Assembly (NCBI GenBank): GCA_016699995.1
Contig: CP064996.1
Span: forward strand, 138,357-202,356
DNA from: a bacterium
GTDB taxonomy: Bacteria; Patescibacteriota; Doudnabacteria; UBA920
Reading direction: 5' to 3'
Length of the DNA stretch: 64,000 nt
A program made the translations under genes and the position numbers. The notes beneath the pieces were generated by a model. It was given only the letters and a program-made list of their open reading frames with translations, made no database searches and had not been told where the DNA came from. Of the stretch, positions 34,448 through 43,750 are shown piece after piece; position 1 is the stretch's first letter, and every line of letters begins with the position of its first letter.

Positions 34448-35028
34448 TATATATTGTTTGAGGGGACTGATACAAGCTGCTCCTTATAAAGTTTTTGGAG
34501 CTGTTTCACTGCGCGATGTTGCCACACTCTGACAGTAATACTCTCTCGTCCCAAAATTCGAGCTGTTTCGGCCACGGAAAAATCCTGGAAGAATCTTAAC
34601 TCTATTACTTCCTTAAAATGGGGAGGTAATTTATCCACCGTTTCGCGGACAATGTATTTTTCAAGTCCTCGGCTCGCATTAGCGGCAGGGTCATCTTCAC
34701 CTGCGATGTCGCGGGCTTCATCGATCGAGACGGCTTTCGGTTCGCGATAGATTTTGCGGTAATAATCATTGATCGTGTTCGTCGCGACTTTATAAAGCCA
34801 CGCCGAAAAATTAAGGTCCTTCAGATCCAAGCTCTTACAGCCTTTCCAGGCTTTCAAGAATACATCTTGCAAGATATCCTCGGCTTGTTCGACATTGCCG
34901 GAAACCTTGATGCGTATAAAAGCGTAGATGCGCTGAGCAAATTCGTCGTAGAGGGCCGAAAATGCGGCCTGATCGCCCGACTGAGTCTGCCTGACAAGTT
35001 CTATTATTCTCTCTTGGTCAGAGTTCAT
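34447..35028 (-). CDS. ECF-type RNA polymerase sigma factor (sigma-70 family, sigma-24 group)
   Basis: 193 aa. Region 2 'DVFLKAWKG...SAWLYKVATNTINDYYRK'. Region 4 HTH 'SVAETARILGRESITVRVWQHRAVKQL'. Confidence 0.8.
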   Translation of the reverse strand: MNSDQERIIELVRQTQSGDQAAFSALYDEFAQRIYAFIRIKVSGNVEQAEDILQDVFLKAWKGCKSLDLKDLNFSAWLYKVATNTINDYYRKIYREPKAVSIDEARDIAGEDDPAANASRGLEKYIVRETVDKLPPHFKEVIELRFFQDFSVAETARILGRESITVRVWQHRAVKQLQKLYKEQLVSVPSNNI

Positions 35029-35264
35029 ACTTCAGCAATATTTTAATCGTTATATAGATGAAAATGTTTCATACTTTATTTTAGCATTTTAAAAAATATA
35101 TAAAACATAGGAAAAGGTACTTATAAAAAACCCCTTTATATTAAAAGGATTTTTGCCAAAAAAATCAACATTTATGAAACATCGCTACCTATCTAAACGA
35201 TGTATCTGGCACGAGGGATGGAATAATAAAAAATATTAAGAAAATAAAGCAAGAAAGGAATTTT

Positions 35265-35996
35265 ATGTTTAAGAAAACATTTGCTTCTCTTATTGCCGTC
35301 GCAGCTATGGTTGTGCTGGTGACTCCTTCACTGGCCTTGGCCCACGGTGATAAAAACCGTGATCGCGGCGACAATGATCGCAATCGCAATCGTGCCGAAG
35401 TTCGTGCACAAAATACAAACCAGTTTGGAGTCCGTGTCTTTGACAATAATCAAAAGAACGGCAACCACGATAAAAAGCGAGGGGATCATAACAAGCGGGG
35501 TAACGGTCTAATGCTTGGCCTGCTCTATGCAGGCACAGTTACAGCAGAGTCTAGCACCGGGTTTACTATCAAAACTCGTGACGACTCATCCTTCACCGTA
35601 AATGCTACTGGAGCAACAGTAATCGAGATTCCGCGAACTACCCGCGCCTTAGCCGACATTGATGTAAACGACAGAGTCTTCATTACAGGTACAAAGTCTG
35701 GCAGTACCATTACGGCAAGCGTAATCTACTTTATGCCGGAGAATATTAAACCGGCAACAGCCAAGGGTACAGTAACTACAGTCAGCGCTGCTGCTAACGG
35801 CGGTGCAACCGTGACCGTGGAAAATAAAGATGGTCAGACTGCAACTGTAAACATTACCGAAGATACACAGATTAAAACTGCCGATAATGAGGCAGGAGCA
35901 GTATCCGACGTTCAAGTCGGAACCAAAGTAAAACTCTTTGGTCTTTGGGATAGCGTCTTAAATGTCTTCAATGCCATTAAAGTACGCATCATCTAA
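35265..35996 (+). CDS. Secreted protein of unknown function (243 aa), divergent from the ECF sigma operon
   Basis: Signal peptide 'MFKKTFASLIAVAAMVVLVTPSLALA'. A basic N-terminal low-complexity stretch (D/R/N-rich) precedes a beta-rich domain. Confidence 0.55.
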   Translation: MFKKTFASLIAVAAMVVLVTPSLALAHGDKNRDRGDNDRNRNRAEVRAQNTNQFGVRVFDNNQKNGNHDKKRGDHNKRGNGLMLGLLYAGTVTAESSTGFTIKTRDDSSFTVNATGATVIEIPRTTRALADIDVNDRVFITGTKSGSTITASVIYFMPENIKPATAKGTVTTVSAAANGGATVTVENKDGQTATVNITEDTQIKTADNEAGAVSDVQVGTKVKLFGLWDSVLNVFNAIKVRII

Positions 35997-36052
35997 AAGT
36001 CGATTCTAGAGGTACCGAAAAGCCCCATGTTGTATTGGGGCTTTCGGTGCGA

Positions 36053-37471
36053 TTATTCGTCGTCGCTGGTATATTTTTTAGAAATATAGAATGGGCTGCT
36101 GTTGGAGGAAATTTTCTTGAGCGAAGCTGGGGCCGGTTTACGGCCGCGTTCATACTCTGAATATTTCTTCCTCTTTCCAAAATCTCGCTTGTTTCGTTTG
36201 TCAGATGCTGACCGCGTTGGTCGGTTAGCTGATTGTCCACTTGGTTGGTATCCAGATGGACGACCAGCTGATCGGCCTGCGCGGTTATTATTTTGTCTGG
36301 TAAAAGTCGGTCTCGAATCGCTCTCGCCTTTTTGAAGATTTTCTAGTGCAGGGGTCTTGGATACGGGCAAGGTTTTGCGGATCAATCGTTCTATGGTGGT
36401 AACATCTCGGCGTTGATCATGGGTCGCAAAAGAAATGGCGTGTCCGGTGGACTTGGCTCGGCCAGTGCGTCCTATACGATGAACATAATCTTCGGCATGA
36501 TCAGGCAGGTCGTAATTTACTACTAACTGAATACCAGTAACGTCAATACCCCGGGCTGCGATGTCGGTTGCTACTAAAACTCTGTATTTGCCCAATTTGA
36601 ATCCATTTAGAGCATCGAGTCTCTGGTTAAGAGATCTGTCGGAATGAATTTCCGTTGCAGTCACATGGTAGTTGCGAATGTCTCTAGCAATTTTCTTTGC
36701 CCCGTGCTTTGTGCGGGAAAAGACTAGAACGCTGCCGTTATATTGGTCCAAAATTTTCTTTAGCATCGGGCCTTTGTCTTTGCGTTCTAAGAAAAAGATT
36801 TCTTGAGATACAGAATTAACAGCGCTGCCGGCTGGGGCTACTTCTACGCGCAGCGGCATCATCATATATGAGTTCGCAATCTTAACAATGCTGTCCGGCA
36901 TGGTTGCAGAGAAGAGCAGTGTTTGGCGCTTTTTAGGGATGGTCTCTAAAATCTTTTTGATTTGAGGAGCGAATCCCATGTCGAGCATGCGGTCTGCTTC
37001 GTCCAAAACTAGAATATCAGTAGAAGAAAGATTTACTGTTTTCTGTTCAATGTGGTCGATCAAGCGCCCTGGGGTAGCAATAATGATATGCGGACGGGCT
37101 TTTAACGCGCGCAGCTGACGGCCCATTGCCTCGCCGCCAATGAGAATGGCTGTTTTCAATCCTAATGGCCCGCCAATCTTTTTAAGTGAATCATTTACCT
37201 GAAGTGCTAGTTCTCGAGTAGGTAAAACAACTAAGCCGCGGCTTTTGCCGCCGCTTTGGGCCAGGCGCTGGATCATAGGAATGCCGAAGGCAAAAGTCTT
37301 CCCTGTTCCGGTCTGAGCGATTCCCATCAAGTCTTTGCCGGTTATAGCAGAGGGGATGGATTGCATTTGAATCGGGGTTGGGGTAACTATTTTATTGTTG
37401 CGCAGTATATCGAGCAGCTTGGGTGCTATGCCGAGATTATCGAATCCATTGCTATTTGTGGTTTGTAACAT
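36053..37471 (-). CDS. DEAD-box ATP-dependent RNA helicase (RhlE/DeaD-like) with basic C-terminal tail
   Basis: Motifs 'AQTGTGKT', 'PTRELA', 'DEADRMLDMGF', 'SAT' and 'HRIGRTGR'. The C-terminus is R/K/G-rich. Confidence 0.9.
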   Translation of the reverse strand: MLQTTNSNGFDNLGIAPKLLDILRNNKIVTPTPIQMQSIPSAITGKDLMGIAQTGTGKTFAFGIPMIQRLAQSGGKSRGLVVLPTRELALQVNDSLKKIGGPLGLKTAILIGGEAMGRQLRALKARPHIIIATPGRLIDHIEQKTVNLSSTDILVLDEADRMLDMGFAPQIKKILETIPKKRQTLLFSATMPDSIVKIANSYMMMPLRVEVAPAGSAVNSVSQEIFFLERKDKGPMLKKILDQYNGSVLVFSRTKHGAKKIARDIRNYHVTATEIHSDRSLNQRLDALNGFKLGKYRVLVATDIAARGIDVTGIQLVVNYDLPDHAEDYVHRIGRTGRAKSTGHAISFATHDQRRDVTTIERLIRKTLPVSKTPALENLQKGESDSRPTFTRQNNNRAGRSAGRPSGYQPSGQSANRPTRSASDKRNKRDFGKRKKYSEYERGRKPAPASLKKISSNSSPFYISKKYTSDDE

Positions 37472-37567
37472 ACAGCTATTATAGCAAGGATAAGGTATAA
37501 TGGCACTATACTACTTGCTTTGTGAAGTTGTTCATGGTAAGCTTGGTAGTCAATTTGAAGGAGGGTT

Positions 37568-38350
37568 ATGACTGAACAAAAGACTAAAATCGATTTGCTC
37601 ATAGAGCAATTGCAAAAGAATGATTTCGATCCGGATCCGGAAATCTCCCCCCAGCTGGCCGAGATTATCCAATATTTTATAGTGGTGGAATCTCTGGTGC
37701 CGGTAAGCTATGCACCACAGTTGAGGTTCATGCCTCCGTACATGTATCCGAAGCTGCGAAAGTTTATCGATATATGGGAAATGGAAGAAGCTAAGCATGG
37801 CGAAGTGCTGAGGTTGTATCTGCAAAAACACGACTATTACGTCCCGCCTGTTAGCAAAAAAAATCTCACTTGGAGTTACCTGTATGGTTTTATCGGCACA
37901 ATTTTGCTGGCATGGCCGTTATGGTTTATTTCTGTAGGGGTTTATCTGGTTATTGGCGGCGCTAATGAAGCTACTACCTCGGCCGGCTACTGGGCCCTGA
38001 TGAAGAGAGTGGAGAATTACCCTTTACTTCGACAAATTATCGCGGCTATTCAGGCAGAAGAAGTTCGGCATCTGGATTTTTACACCAAAACTGCGCCCAG
38101 CTTTTTGGGTACGGGTTTGCGTCGTCGCTTGGCAGAGTACGCGCTTAAAAAAAATTGGAAGCCGATTGGCTCCCGTCACGGTGACAGTGCCAAGCTCGTC
38201 AACTTGCTTCTTGGTCCAGACACTGAGCTTAGTTTTTATACTAGGCTGCGCTCATATCTGGCTCGGGTAGATGTCTCAATGCCGAATGTAAGCGACTTCG
38301 TTGTTGATGCAATTCAAAAGCTCAAATCTGATCCATCAGAAACTATATAA
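37568..38350 (+). CDS. Ferritin-like di-iron carboxylate protein (acyl-ACP desaturase-like), membrane-associated
   Basis: Two E..H motifs ('EEAKHGE', 'EEVRHLD') are spaced as in di-iron enzymes. A central hydrophobic segment follows the pattern of a predicted membrane segment. GAAGGAGGG SD. Confidence 0.35.
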   Translation: MTEQKTKIDLLIEQLQKNDFDPDPEISPQLAEIIQYFIVVESLVPVSYAPQLRFMPPYMYPKLRKFIDIWEMEEAKHGEVLRLYLQKHDYYVPPVSKKNLTWSYLYGFIGTILLAWPLWFISVGVYLVIGGANEATTSAGYWALMKRVENYPLLRQIIAAIQAEEVRHLDFYTKTAPSFLGTGLRRRLAEYALKKNWKPIGSRHGDSAKLVNLLLGPDTELSFYTRLRSYLARVDVSMPNVSDFVVDAIQKLKSDPSETI

Positions 38351-38376
38351 ACGGTTCTATTAGAACCGTTTTTTAT
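38350..38376 (+). terminator. Rho-independent terminator
   Basis: AACGGTTCT-ATT-AGAACCGTT followed by TTTTTATTTT, immediately after the stop. Confidence 0.75.
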
Positions 38377-38526
38377 TTTGAAAAGCTGTAACTTTTGCAC
38401 TTGTGCCCCGATATATATAGTGGCGCTAATTATGCGCTTTTTGGTAACGATTATTTATAGAATTTAGTTAAACAATTTCCAACCCGGGAAAAGTTTGGTA
38501 AATTTAAATCTAAAGGATCAATTTTT

Positions 38527-40095
38527 ATGAAATTCAAACAAATACTCAATATATGTTTATTGGTAGTGGTGGCTCTGGGATTTACTATCGGCGCCAGTGT
38601 CCAGACTGCCCGAGCGCAAGTTACTGTTTTTCGAACTATAGTGTTCCCGGTAATTGGGGCAGTTAGCTACTATGACGATTTCGGTGCACCGCGCAGCGGA
38701 GGCCGAAGCCATGAGGGTAATGACCTGATGGGTAAAAAGATGCTCCCTTTGGTGGCGGCTGTAGATGGAACTGTCACGAATGTCAATTATCCGGAAGCTG
38801 ACTGGGGATACGCGGTGACCATTCGTGATAGCGATGGTTATACTTATCATTACTTGCACATCAATAATGACAATCCAGGCACCGACGATGGTAAGGGTGA
38901 CGGGAAGAACGCTTATGCGCCCGACATTCAAGAAGGAAATAAAGTAGTAAAGGGGCAGCTCATTGGTTATATGGGTGACAGTGGTAATGCCGAAACCACT
39001 ACAGCTCACCTTCACTTTGAGATCCGCGCCCCTGGCCGCGAACCTTTTAGCCCTTATGAGAGCCTAAAGGCGGCAACCAAAATTACCACCCCTGTAACTA
39101 ATTATCCCGCCCAGCAAAACGAAATTTTACCCTACGAAAGCTTTAAAGGCGGAGCTAATATCGCTACCGGGAATATAGATAGCGATAGTGATTTGGAAAT
39201 AGCAACCGGCGCCGGTGCAACCGGTGGCCCTCTCGTTAAGCTTTTTGACAAAGACGGCACAGCTAAAGGCGCATGGTATGCCTACGGAGAAACTTTCCGC
39301 GGTGGCGTTGATGTTGCCATGGGCGATGTAGATAAAGATGGACAGGTTGAGGTTATTACTGCGGCGGGTCCTGGCGGCGGACCTCACATTAGAATATTTA
39401 AAGCCAATGGAACTGTGTTAAAAGAGTTTTTTGCTTACGATACTAAATTCCGCGGTGGCGTACATGTTGCCAGTGCAGATGTAAACAATGATGGCGCTGC
39501 AGATATTATTACTGGAGCAGGTCCTGGCGGCGGACCTCATGTAAAAGTTTTCTCGGGGGCAGACCTGACTTTAATTAAAGAATTTTTGGCCTATGACGGA
39601 AAGTTTCGCGGAGGGGTAGATGTAGCAGCTGCTAAAACTGCCAGCAATACCGGAGCGGTCATTACCAGCCCATTAGCCGGTGGCGGCCCACATATTAAGA
39701 TTTTCAATATTGATGGTACCGTGGCGCGGGAATTCTTTGCTTACGACGGCAACTTTAATCTTGGAGTTAGGGTTAGCGCTGGGACATTAGGTTCATCCGG
39801 TATCCGTTTAGCCGTTGTACCTGCCACTGGAGGCGGCCCACATATGAAAACATTTAACATTAGCGACGGAGTGGTTCAAAATAGCGGCTTATACGGTTTC
39901 GAATCCTGGTGGCGCGGCGGTTATGATGTAGCGTTCTTGGATAGCCGAATGCTAATGAGCGCAATGGATGGACGCAGGGCTAGCTTGAGGTCTATTAATT
40001 TATCTTCCTCATCCGGCGGTAGTGGATCCGGAGGTAGTGGCTCCGGTGGCTCTGGCAGCGGCGGTTCCGGCGGGGGATGGTGGTGGAACAACTAA
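38527..40095 (+). CDS. M23 family metallopeptidase fused to about 6 FG-GAP-like beta-propeller repeats and a Gly/Ser tail
   Basis: Signal peptide. 'HEGNDLMG' and 'TAHLHFEIR' are the LytM/M23 HxxxD and HxH motifs. Repeated 'FRGGVDVA.GDV..DG..E.ITGAGPGGGPH.K.F' blades follow. The C-terminus is 'SSSGGSGSGGSGSGGSGSGGSGGGWWWNN'. Confidence 0.65.
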   Translation: MKFKQILNICLLVVVALGFTIGASVQTARAQVTVFRTIVFPVIGAVSYYDDFGAPRSGGRSHEGNDLMGKKMLPLVAAVDGTVTNVNYPEADWGYAVTIRDSDGYTYHYLHINNDNPGTDDGKGDGKNAYAPDIQEGNKVVKGQLIGYMGDSGNAETTTAHLHFEIRAPGREPFSPYESLKAATKITTPVTNYPAQQNEILPYESFKGGANIATGNIDSDSDLEIATGAGATGGPLVKLFDKDGTAKGAWYAYGETFRGGVDVAMGDVDKDGQVEVITAAGPGGGPHIRIFKANGTVLKEFFAYDTKFRGGVHVASADVNNDGAADIITGAGPGGGPHVKVFSGADLTLIKEFLAYDGKFRGGVDVAAAKTASNTGAVITSPLAGGGPHIKIFNIDGTVAREFFAYDGNFNLGVRVSAGTLGSSGIRLAVVPATGGGPHMKTFNISDGVVQNSGLYGFESWWRGGYDVAFLDSRMLMSAMDGRRASLRSINLSSSSGGSGSGGSGSGGSGSGGSGGGWWWNN

Positions 40096-40143
40096 ATAAC
40101 TTAAAACCGGCTTGCGAGCCGGTTTTTTGAAATTGCAAAGCGT

Positions 40144-41793
40144 TTAATGCAGGCGGATATGGTCTGTGTAATATTTCATATCGGCATCAGTTTTTTTGTG
40201 AGGGTTAAAGATATTTAACGGATCGTAAATCTGCTTTACTTCTTTGAATACTTCATAAATTTTAGATCCAAACATGTGCTCTAAGAACGGACCGCGTACT
40301 AACCCGTCGTTGTGCTCTGCCGTCATAGATCCCTTATACTTGAGAACCAGGTCGAATACTTCGTTGCTAAACCAGACTAATTGTTTGCGATGCTCAGGTA
40401 TAGAAAGGTCTACCAGCGGGACGATATGGAAATTAGCATCGCCCGCATGGCCAGCTAAAGTCGAAATAAAGTCTGGATATTTGGCCATAATAGCGTCCAG
40501 TTGGGGAATGAAGGTTGGTAATTGCTCTGGATGCACGACAATATCTTCGATAAATGGCGCGCTTATTTTGCGGGCATTATGCTTGCGCAGCAAATTATAG
40601 CTCTCGCGCCGGATCCCCCAATACTTCTGGGATTCTTCAAAATTGGTGCTCAGGCGGGCATGAAGATTGAAATGTTGGTCTATGTTATGCGCTGCCTCTT
40701 GTGCTTTGCGATCGGCTTCTTCCTGAGTGCTGCCGGTGAACTCTGCCAACAAAACTAGTTTTGGCAAATCGCCTTTAATCCAAAGCCATAGGTCTGGCAA
40801 GAATTGCCTAATGAGTTTCCAGGTAGAACCTTTCATGCGACGGATAATTTCGGGCCAGTATTTAATTGCCAGCTTAAAGGTATGGTCGTCGAACATTTCA
40901 AAGCTCTCCGGACCCAGATCGTTTACATGGTTGATGATCTCGCCAAGCAGTTTAAGTTCGTGCAAATAAAACACTACTAATTGCCGGCCTCGCTCCAAAG
41001 GCACCAGTTTCCACTTGATGTTAGTAATAATGCCCAGCGTGCCCTGTGATCCGACAAACAATTTTGTGAGGTCGAAAGTTTTGCCGTCCCACACATCCCA
41101 AAGGAGGTATCCTGAGGAATTTTTGGAGGTAGTGGGCTTTGCATCCTCTATAGCGCGGTAGTTATCCTGAATGAGCTGATAGGTTTTGCGGTACAATTCG
41201 CCTTCAAAATTTTGCTGAGCCATTTTTGCTTGTAGCTCAGCTTCGCTTAAAGGCTTTATATGATATTCGTTGCCGTCTGCCAAGACCACATCTAGCTCCG
41301 CTACATAATTAGCGGCTTGGCCGTATTTAAAAGTTTTCTCACCGCCGCAGTTATTGCCGACCATGCCGCCAACAGCGCACCAGGCTTTAGAGACAGGGTA
41401 GGCTGGCATGATCACATTTTTTGCAATTAGCTTTGGTTCCAGATCGGCGAATTTTACACCCGGTTGCGTTTCGACCGATTGTTCGGACAAATTCGCGATT
41501 TTATTTAGGTGCTCGGCAACGTCAATGATAATGGAATCATTAATGCTGCCACCGGTCATGTCGGTGCCGCCGGCTCGCACAGTTAAGGAAATCTCGGGGG
41601 AGTGAGGCTTTGAGGAGGCCGCGAATCTTACCAAAGTTTTAATGTCTTCGCTGTCCAGCGGGGATACCACTACTTGCGGGTGAATTTCAAAAATACTCGC
41701 ATCGCGAGAATATTTTTCTAAATCTGCTTCTTCGGTTGTTATTTTGCCTTTAAACTTTTGTTTCAAGACGGCCAGATCATAAGATCGTTCCAT
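40144..41793 (-). CDS. FAD-linked oxidase (PCMH-type FAD-binding, GlcD/D-lactate dehydrogenase-like)
   Basis: 549 aa. N-terminal FAD-binding domain pattern 'VVSPLDSEDIKTLVRFA...VRAGGTDMTGGS'. C-terminal FAD-oxidase_C-like region. Confidence 0.55.
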   Translation of the reverse strand: MERSYDLAVLKQKFKGKITTEEADLEKYSRDASIFEIHPQVVVSPLDSEDIKTLVRFAASSKPHSPEISLTVRAGGTDMTGGSINDSIIIDVAEHLNKIANLSEQSVETQPGVKFADLEPKLIAKNVIMPAYPVSKAWCAVGGMVGNNCGGEKTFKYGQAANYVAELDVVLADGNEYHIKPLSEAELQAKMAQQNFEGELYRKTYQLIQDNYRAIEDAKPTTSKNSSGYLLWDVWDGKTFDLTKLFVGSQGTLGIITNIKWKLVPLERGRQLVVFYLHELKLLGEIINHVNDLGPESFEMFDDHTFKLAIKYWPEIIRRMKGSTWKLIRQFLPDLWLWIKGDLPKLVLLAEFTGSTQEEADRKAQEAAHNIDQHFNLHARLSTNFEESQKYWGIRRESYNLLRKHNARKISAPFIEDIVVHPEQLPTFIPQLDAIMAKYPDFISTLAGHAGDANFHIVPLVDLSIPEHRKQLVWFSNEVFDLVLKYKGSMTAEHNDGLVRGPFLEHMFGSKIYEVFKEVKQIYDPLNIFNPHKKTDADMKYYTDHIRLH

Positions 41794-41844
41794 ACTTCTA
41801 TTATATCAATAAAACGCAATAAAAAAAGAGCGAACCATTCGCTC

Positions 41845-42222
41845 TTAGCCTTCTTGTTCCTGATTCTGCTTGGCGGCCCATTCCATAAGTTGTCGGAGCA
41901 ATTCCTCCGGTGATACGCCCAAAGTATAGGCGAGCTTAAGCCCGTTGATTATCAGCTGTTTGGGAGCTTGTCTAATCCTGTTTCCTAAAAAATTTCCCGA
42001 ATGTTCCGTGTCTTCCACGACTGCAGCCAATTCGCTGTTGGCCTTTACGATGTCTCCTGCAATTTTGGAAACATGGAGGAGGACGTGCCGGGTTTCAAAA
42101 TTGACCCGGTCATCAATACTGTCGCCAATAACCTGGCTGTAATTTTCGGGTTTGAATTCCCAATTTTCATTAACCAAATCATAAACGGCCGAAAAACTCA
42201 CTGCATCGGATGTTGTATTCAT
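41845..42222 (-). CDS. Hypothetical protein (125 aa), possibly MazG-like nucleotide pyrophosphohydrolase fold
   Basis: All-helical with 'HVLLHVSKIAGDI' and 'EELLRQL'. The assignment is weak. Confidence 0.3.
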   Translation of the reverse strand: MNTTSDAVSFSAVYDLVNENWEFKPENYSQVIGDSIDDRVNFETRHVLLHVSKIAGDIVKANSELAAVVEDTEHSGNFLGNRIRQAPKQLIINGLKLAYTLGVSPEELLRQLMEWAAKQNQEQEG

Positions 42223-42398
42223 TATAGCCTCCTCAATCTTTGCCTCTAGTCTAGCCTGTTTATGCCTTGATGTCTAATGATTGTCATTTTGTCAGTATTG
42301 GTTGACAAAATCGGTAAATATGATATAATTGATAACAAGTTAATACTTGCGGTGGGAAAGTATTTTTTTATTTCCCGAATATTTATTTTAGAGTTGAT

Positions 42399-42920
42399 AT
42401 GGCGCCTAAGCATTTAAAAACCAAGAGCCCGTTAACTATTGGAGAAAAGTTTACCCAATGGGTCGGGTCACCAACTTCTATAGCTGTACACACTGTGTTG
42501 TTTGCGGCGGCTTTTGCGTTTGTGTTATTTGGTGTAGATTTAAACACTGTGTTGTTAATTTTAACAACCGCTGTTTCCTTAGAAGCAATCTATTTAGCTT
42601 TGTTCATTCAGATGTCTGTTAACAAGAATACTCAGAGCTTGGCGGATGTAGAAGAAGATATCGAAGAGATCGCGGAAGACGTAGAAGAGATCGAAAAGGA
42701 TATTGATGAAATCCAGGAAGACGTGGAAGAAATGCAAGAAGATGTAGAGGGGATCGAAAAGGATATTGATGAGATTCAGGAGGACGTAGAAGAGATCGAA
42801 AAAGATGATGAAGAAGATGATCTCCATGATGCGGCTACCATGAAGACGTTAACCGAACTGCAAGGCCATGTCCAAAAGATCATGGAAGAAATTCAGAATT
42901 TAAAAGAGCAAAAGAAATAA
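42399..42920 (+). CDS. Membrane protein with 2 TM helices and eight perfect 7-aa acidic heptad repeats
   Basis: The TM helices are followed by EDIEEIA-EDVEEIE-KDIDEIQ-EDVEEMQ-EDVEGIE-KDIDEIQ-EDVEEIE-KDDEEDD, encoded by 21-bp tandem repeats at about 42652-42820. Confidence 0.55.
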   Translation: MAPKHLKTKSPLTIGEKFTQWVGSPTSIAVHTVLFAAAFAFVLFGVDLNTVLLILTTAVSLEAIYLALFIQMSVNKNTQSLADVEEDIEEIAEDVEEIEKDIDEIQEDVEEMQEDVEGIEKDIDEIQEDVEEIEKDDEEDDLHDAATMKTLTELQGHVQKIMEEIQNLKEQKK

Positions 42921-42955
42921 AAAAGCCCGGAAACTATTTCCGGGTTTTGTTTAAT
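42921..42955. terminator. Bidirectional rho-independent terminator
   Basis: AAAAAGCCCGGAAA-CTAT-TTCCGGGTTTTGTTT between convergent genes. Confidence 0.7.
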
Positions 42956-42974
42956 TTTCCGCGCCGTCGGCAGC

Positions 42975-43643
42975 TTATTCAGAGATTTTGCTGACCAGCG
43001 ATATCTCGCCAATGGTTTTTTCTGGGTTGTTATCCTTTTTTGTCATTACTGCTACGGCATTGTTAGAGCCCAAAGGGTAGACGCAACCGCCAGATATGCC
43101 ACTTTCTATATAAATTGTAAAAGCTTTTTTAGCACCCATCTTGTAGTTGCCATCCTCATTCTTTACGTCGGTGTTGATGATTTTGCCGGGCTGGACCAGG
43201 GCTCTGGTGCTGCCTGGACTGCCAACTATTACAATATCATCGCCGATTTTGAATTCGTAAGGGTCTAAGACGTACTTCTTTGCATCGAACTTTTCCTTAG
43301 TCGTAAGGATCGCATAATCTTGTTCAGTTTTGCTGTGCCAGGCTAGTTTAGCAGGCGTCTCATTGACGTAAATCTGTTCTTCATCTAGCCATGGTCCCAT
43401 CACGCCATGAAAGGCTGTTAAAAATACTCCAGGCTCGATCTCGCATCCGGAACTTTGGTATTTGCCGGCTTTTACTTCGACGTGCTTTTTCTTGTATTGC
43501 TTTATATCCTGCTCGGGAATATCGGCAAGAGCTATTTTCGGAGGCTGAGTGAGATAAAAAACTTCGGGAAAAAAAGATTTAATCCAAAAAAATGTCAATG
43601 TGCAAAAGAGCACACCGCCGAGGAATGTTAACGCGTATTTCAT
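42975..43643 (-). CDS. Membrane-anchored extracytoplasmic protein, hypothetical (possible trypsin-fold)
   Basis: The N-terminal TM anchor is followed by a beta-rich domain with His, Asp and 'ISGGCVYPLGS' elements. No confident family assignment. Confidence 0.35.
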   Translation of the reverse strand: MKYALTFLGGVLFCTLTFFWIKSFFPEVFYLTQPPKIALADIPEQDIKQYKKKHVEVKAGKYQSSGCEIEPGVFLTAFHGVMGPWLDEEQIYVNETPAKLAWHSKTEQDYAILTTKEKFDAKKYVLDPYEFKIGDDIVIVGSPGSTRALVQPGKIINTDVKNEDGNYKMGAKKAFTIYIESGISGGCVYPLGSNNAVAVMTKKDNNPEKTIGEISLVSKISE

Positions 43644-43750
43644 ATTCAGCCTCCTTTTTTATTTCAGTGTATCATACGCAAAAAAGTTTGGCATAACTAG
43701 AGTAGGGGGTGATACAAAAAACGCGGCACGTTATGGCCGCGTTTTAACAA

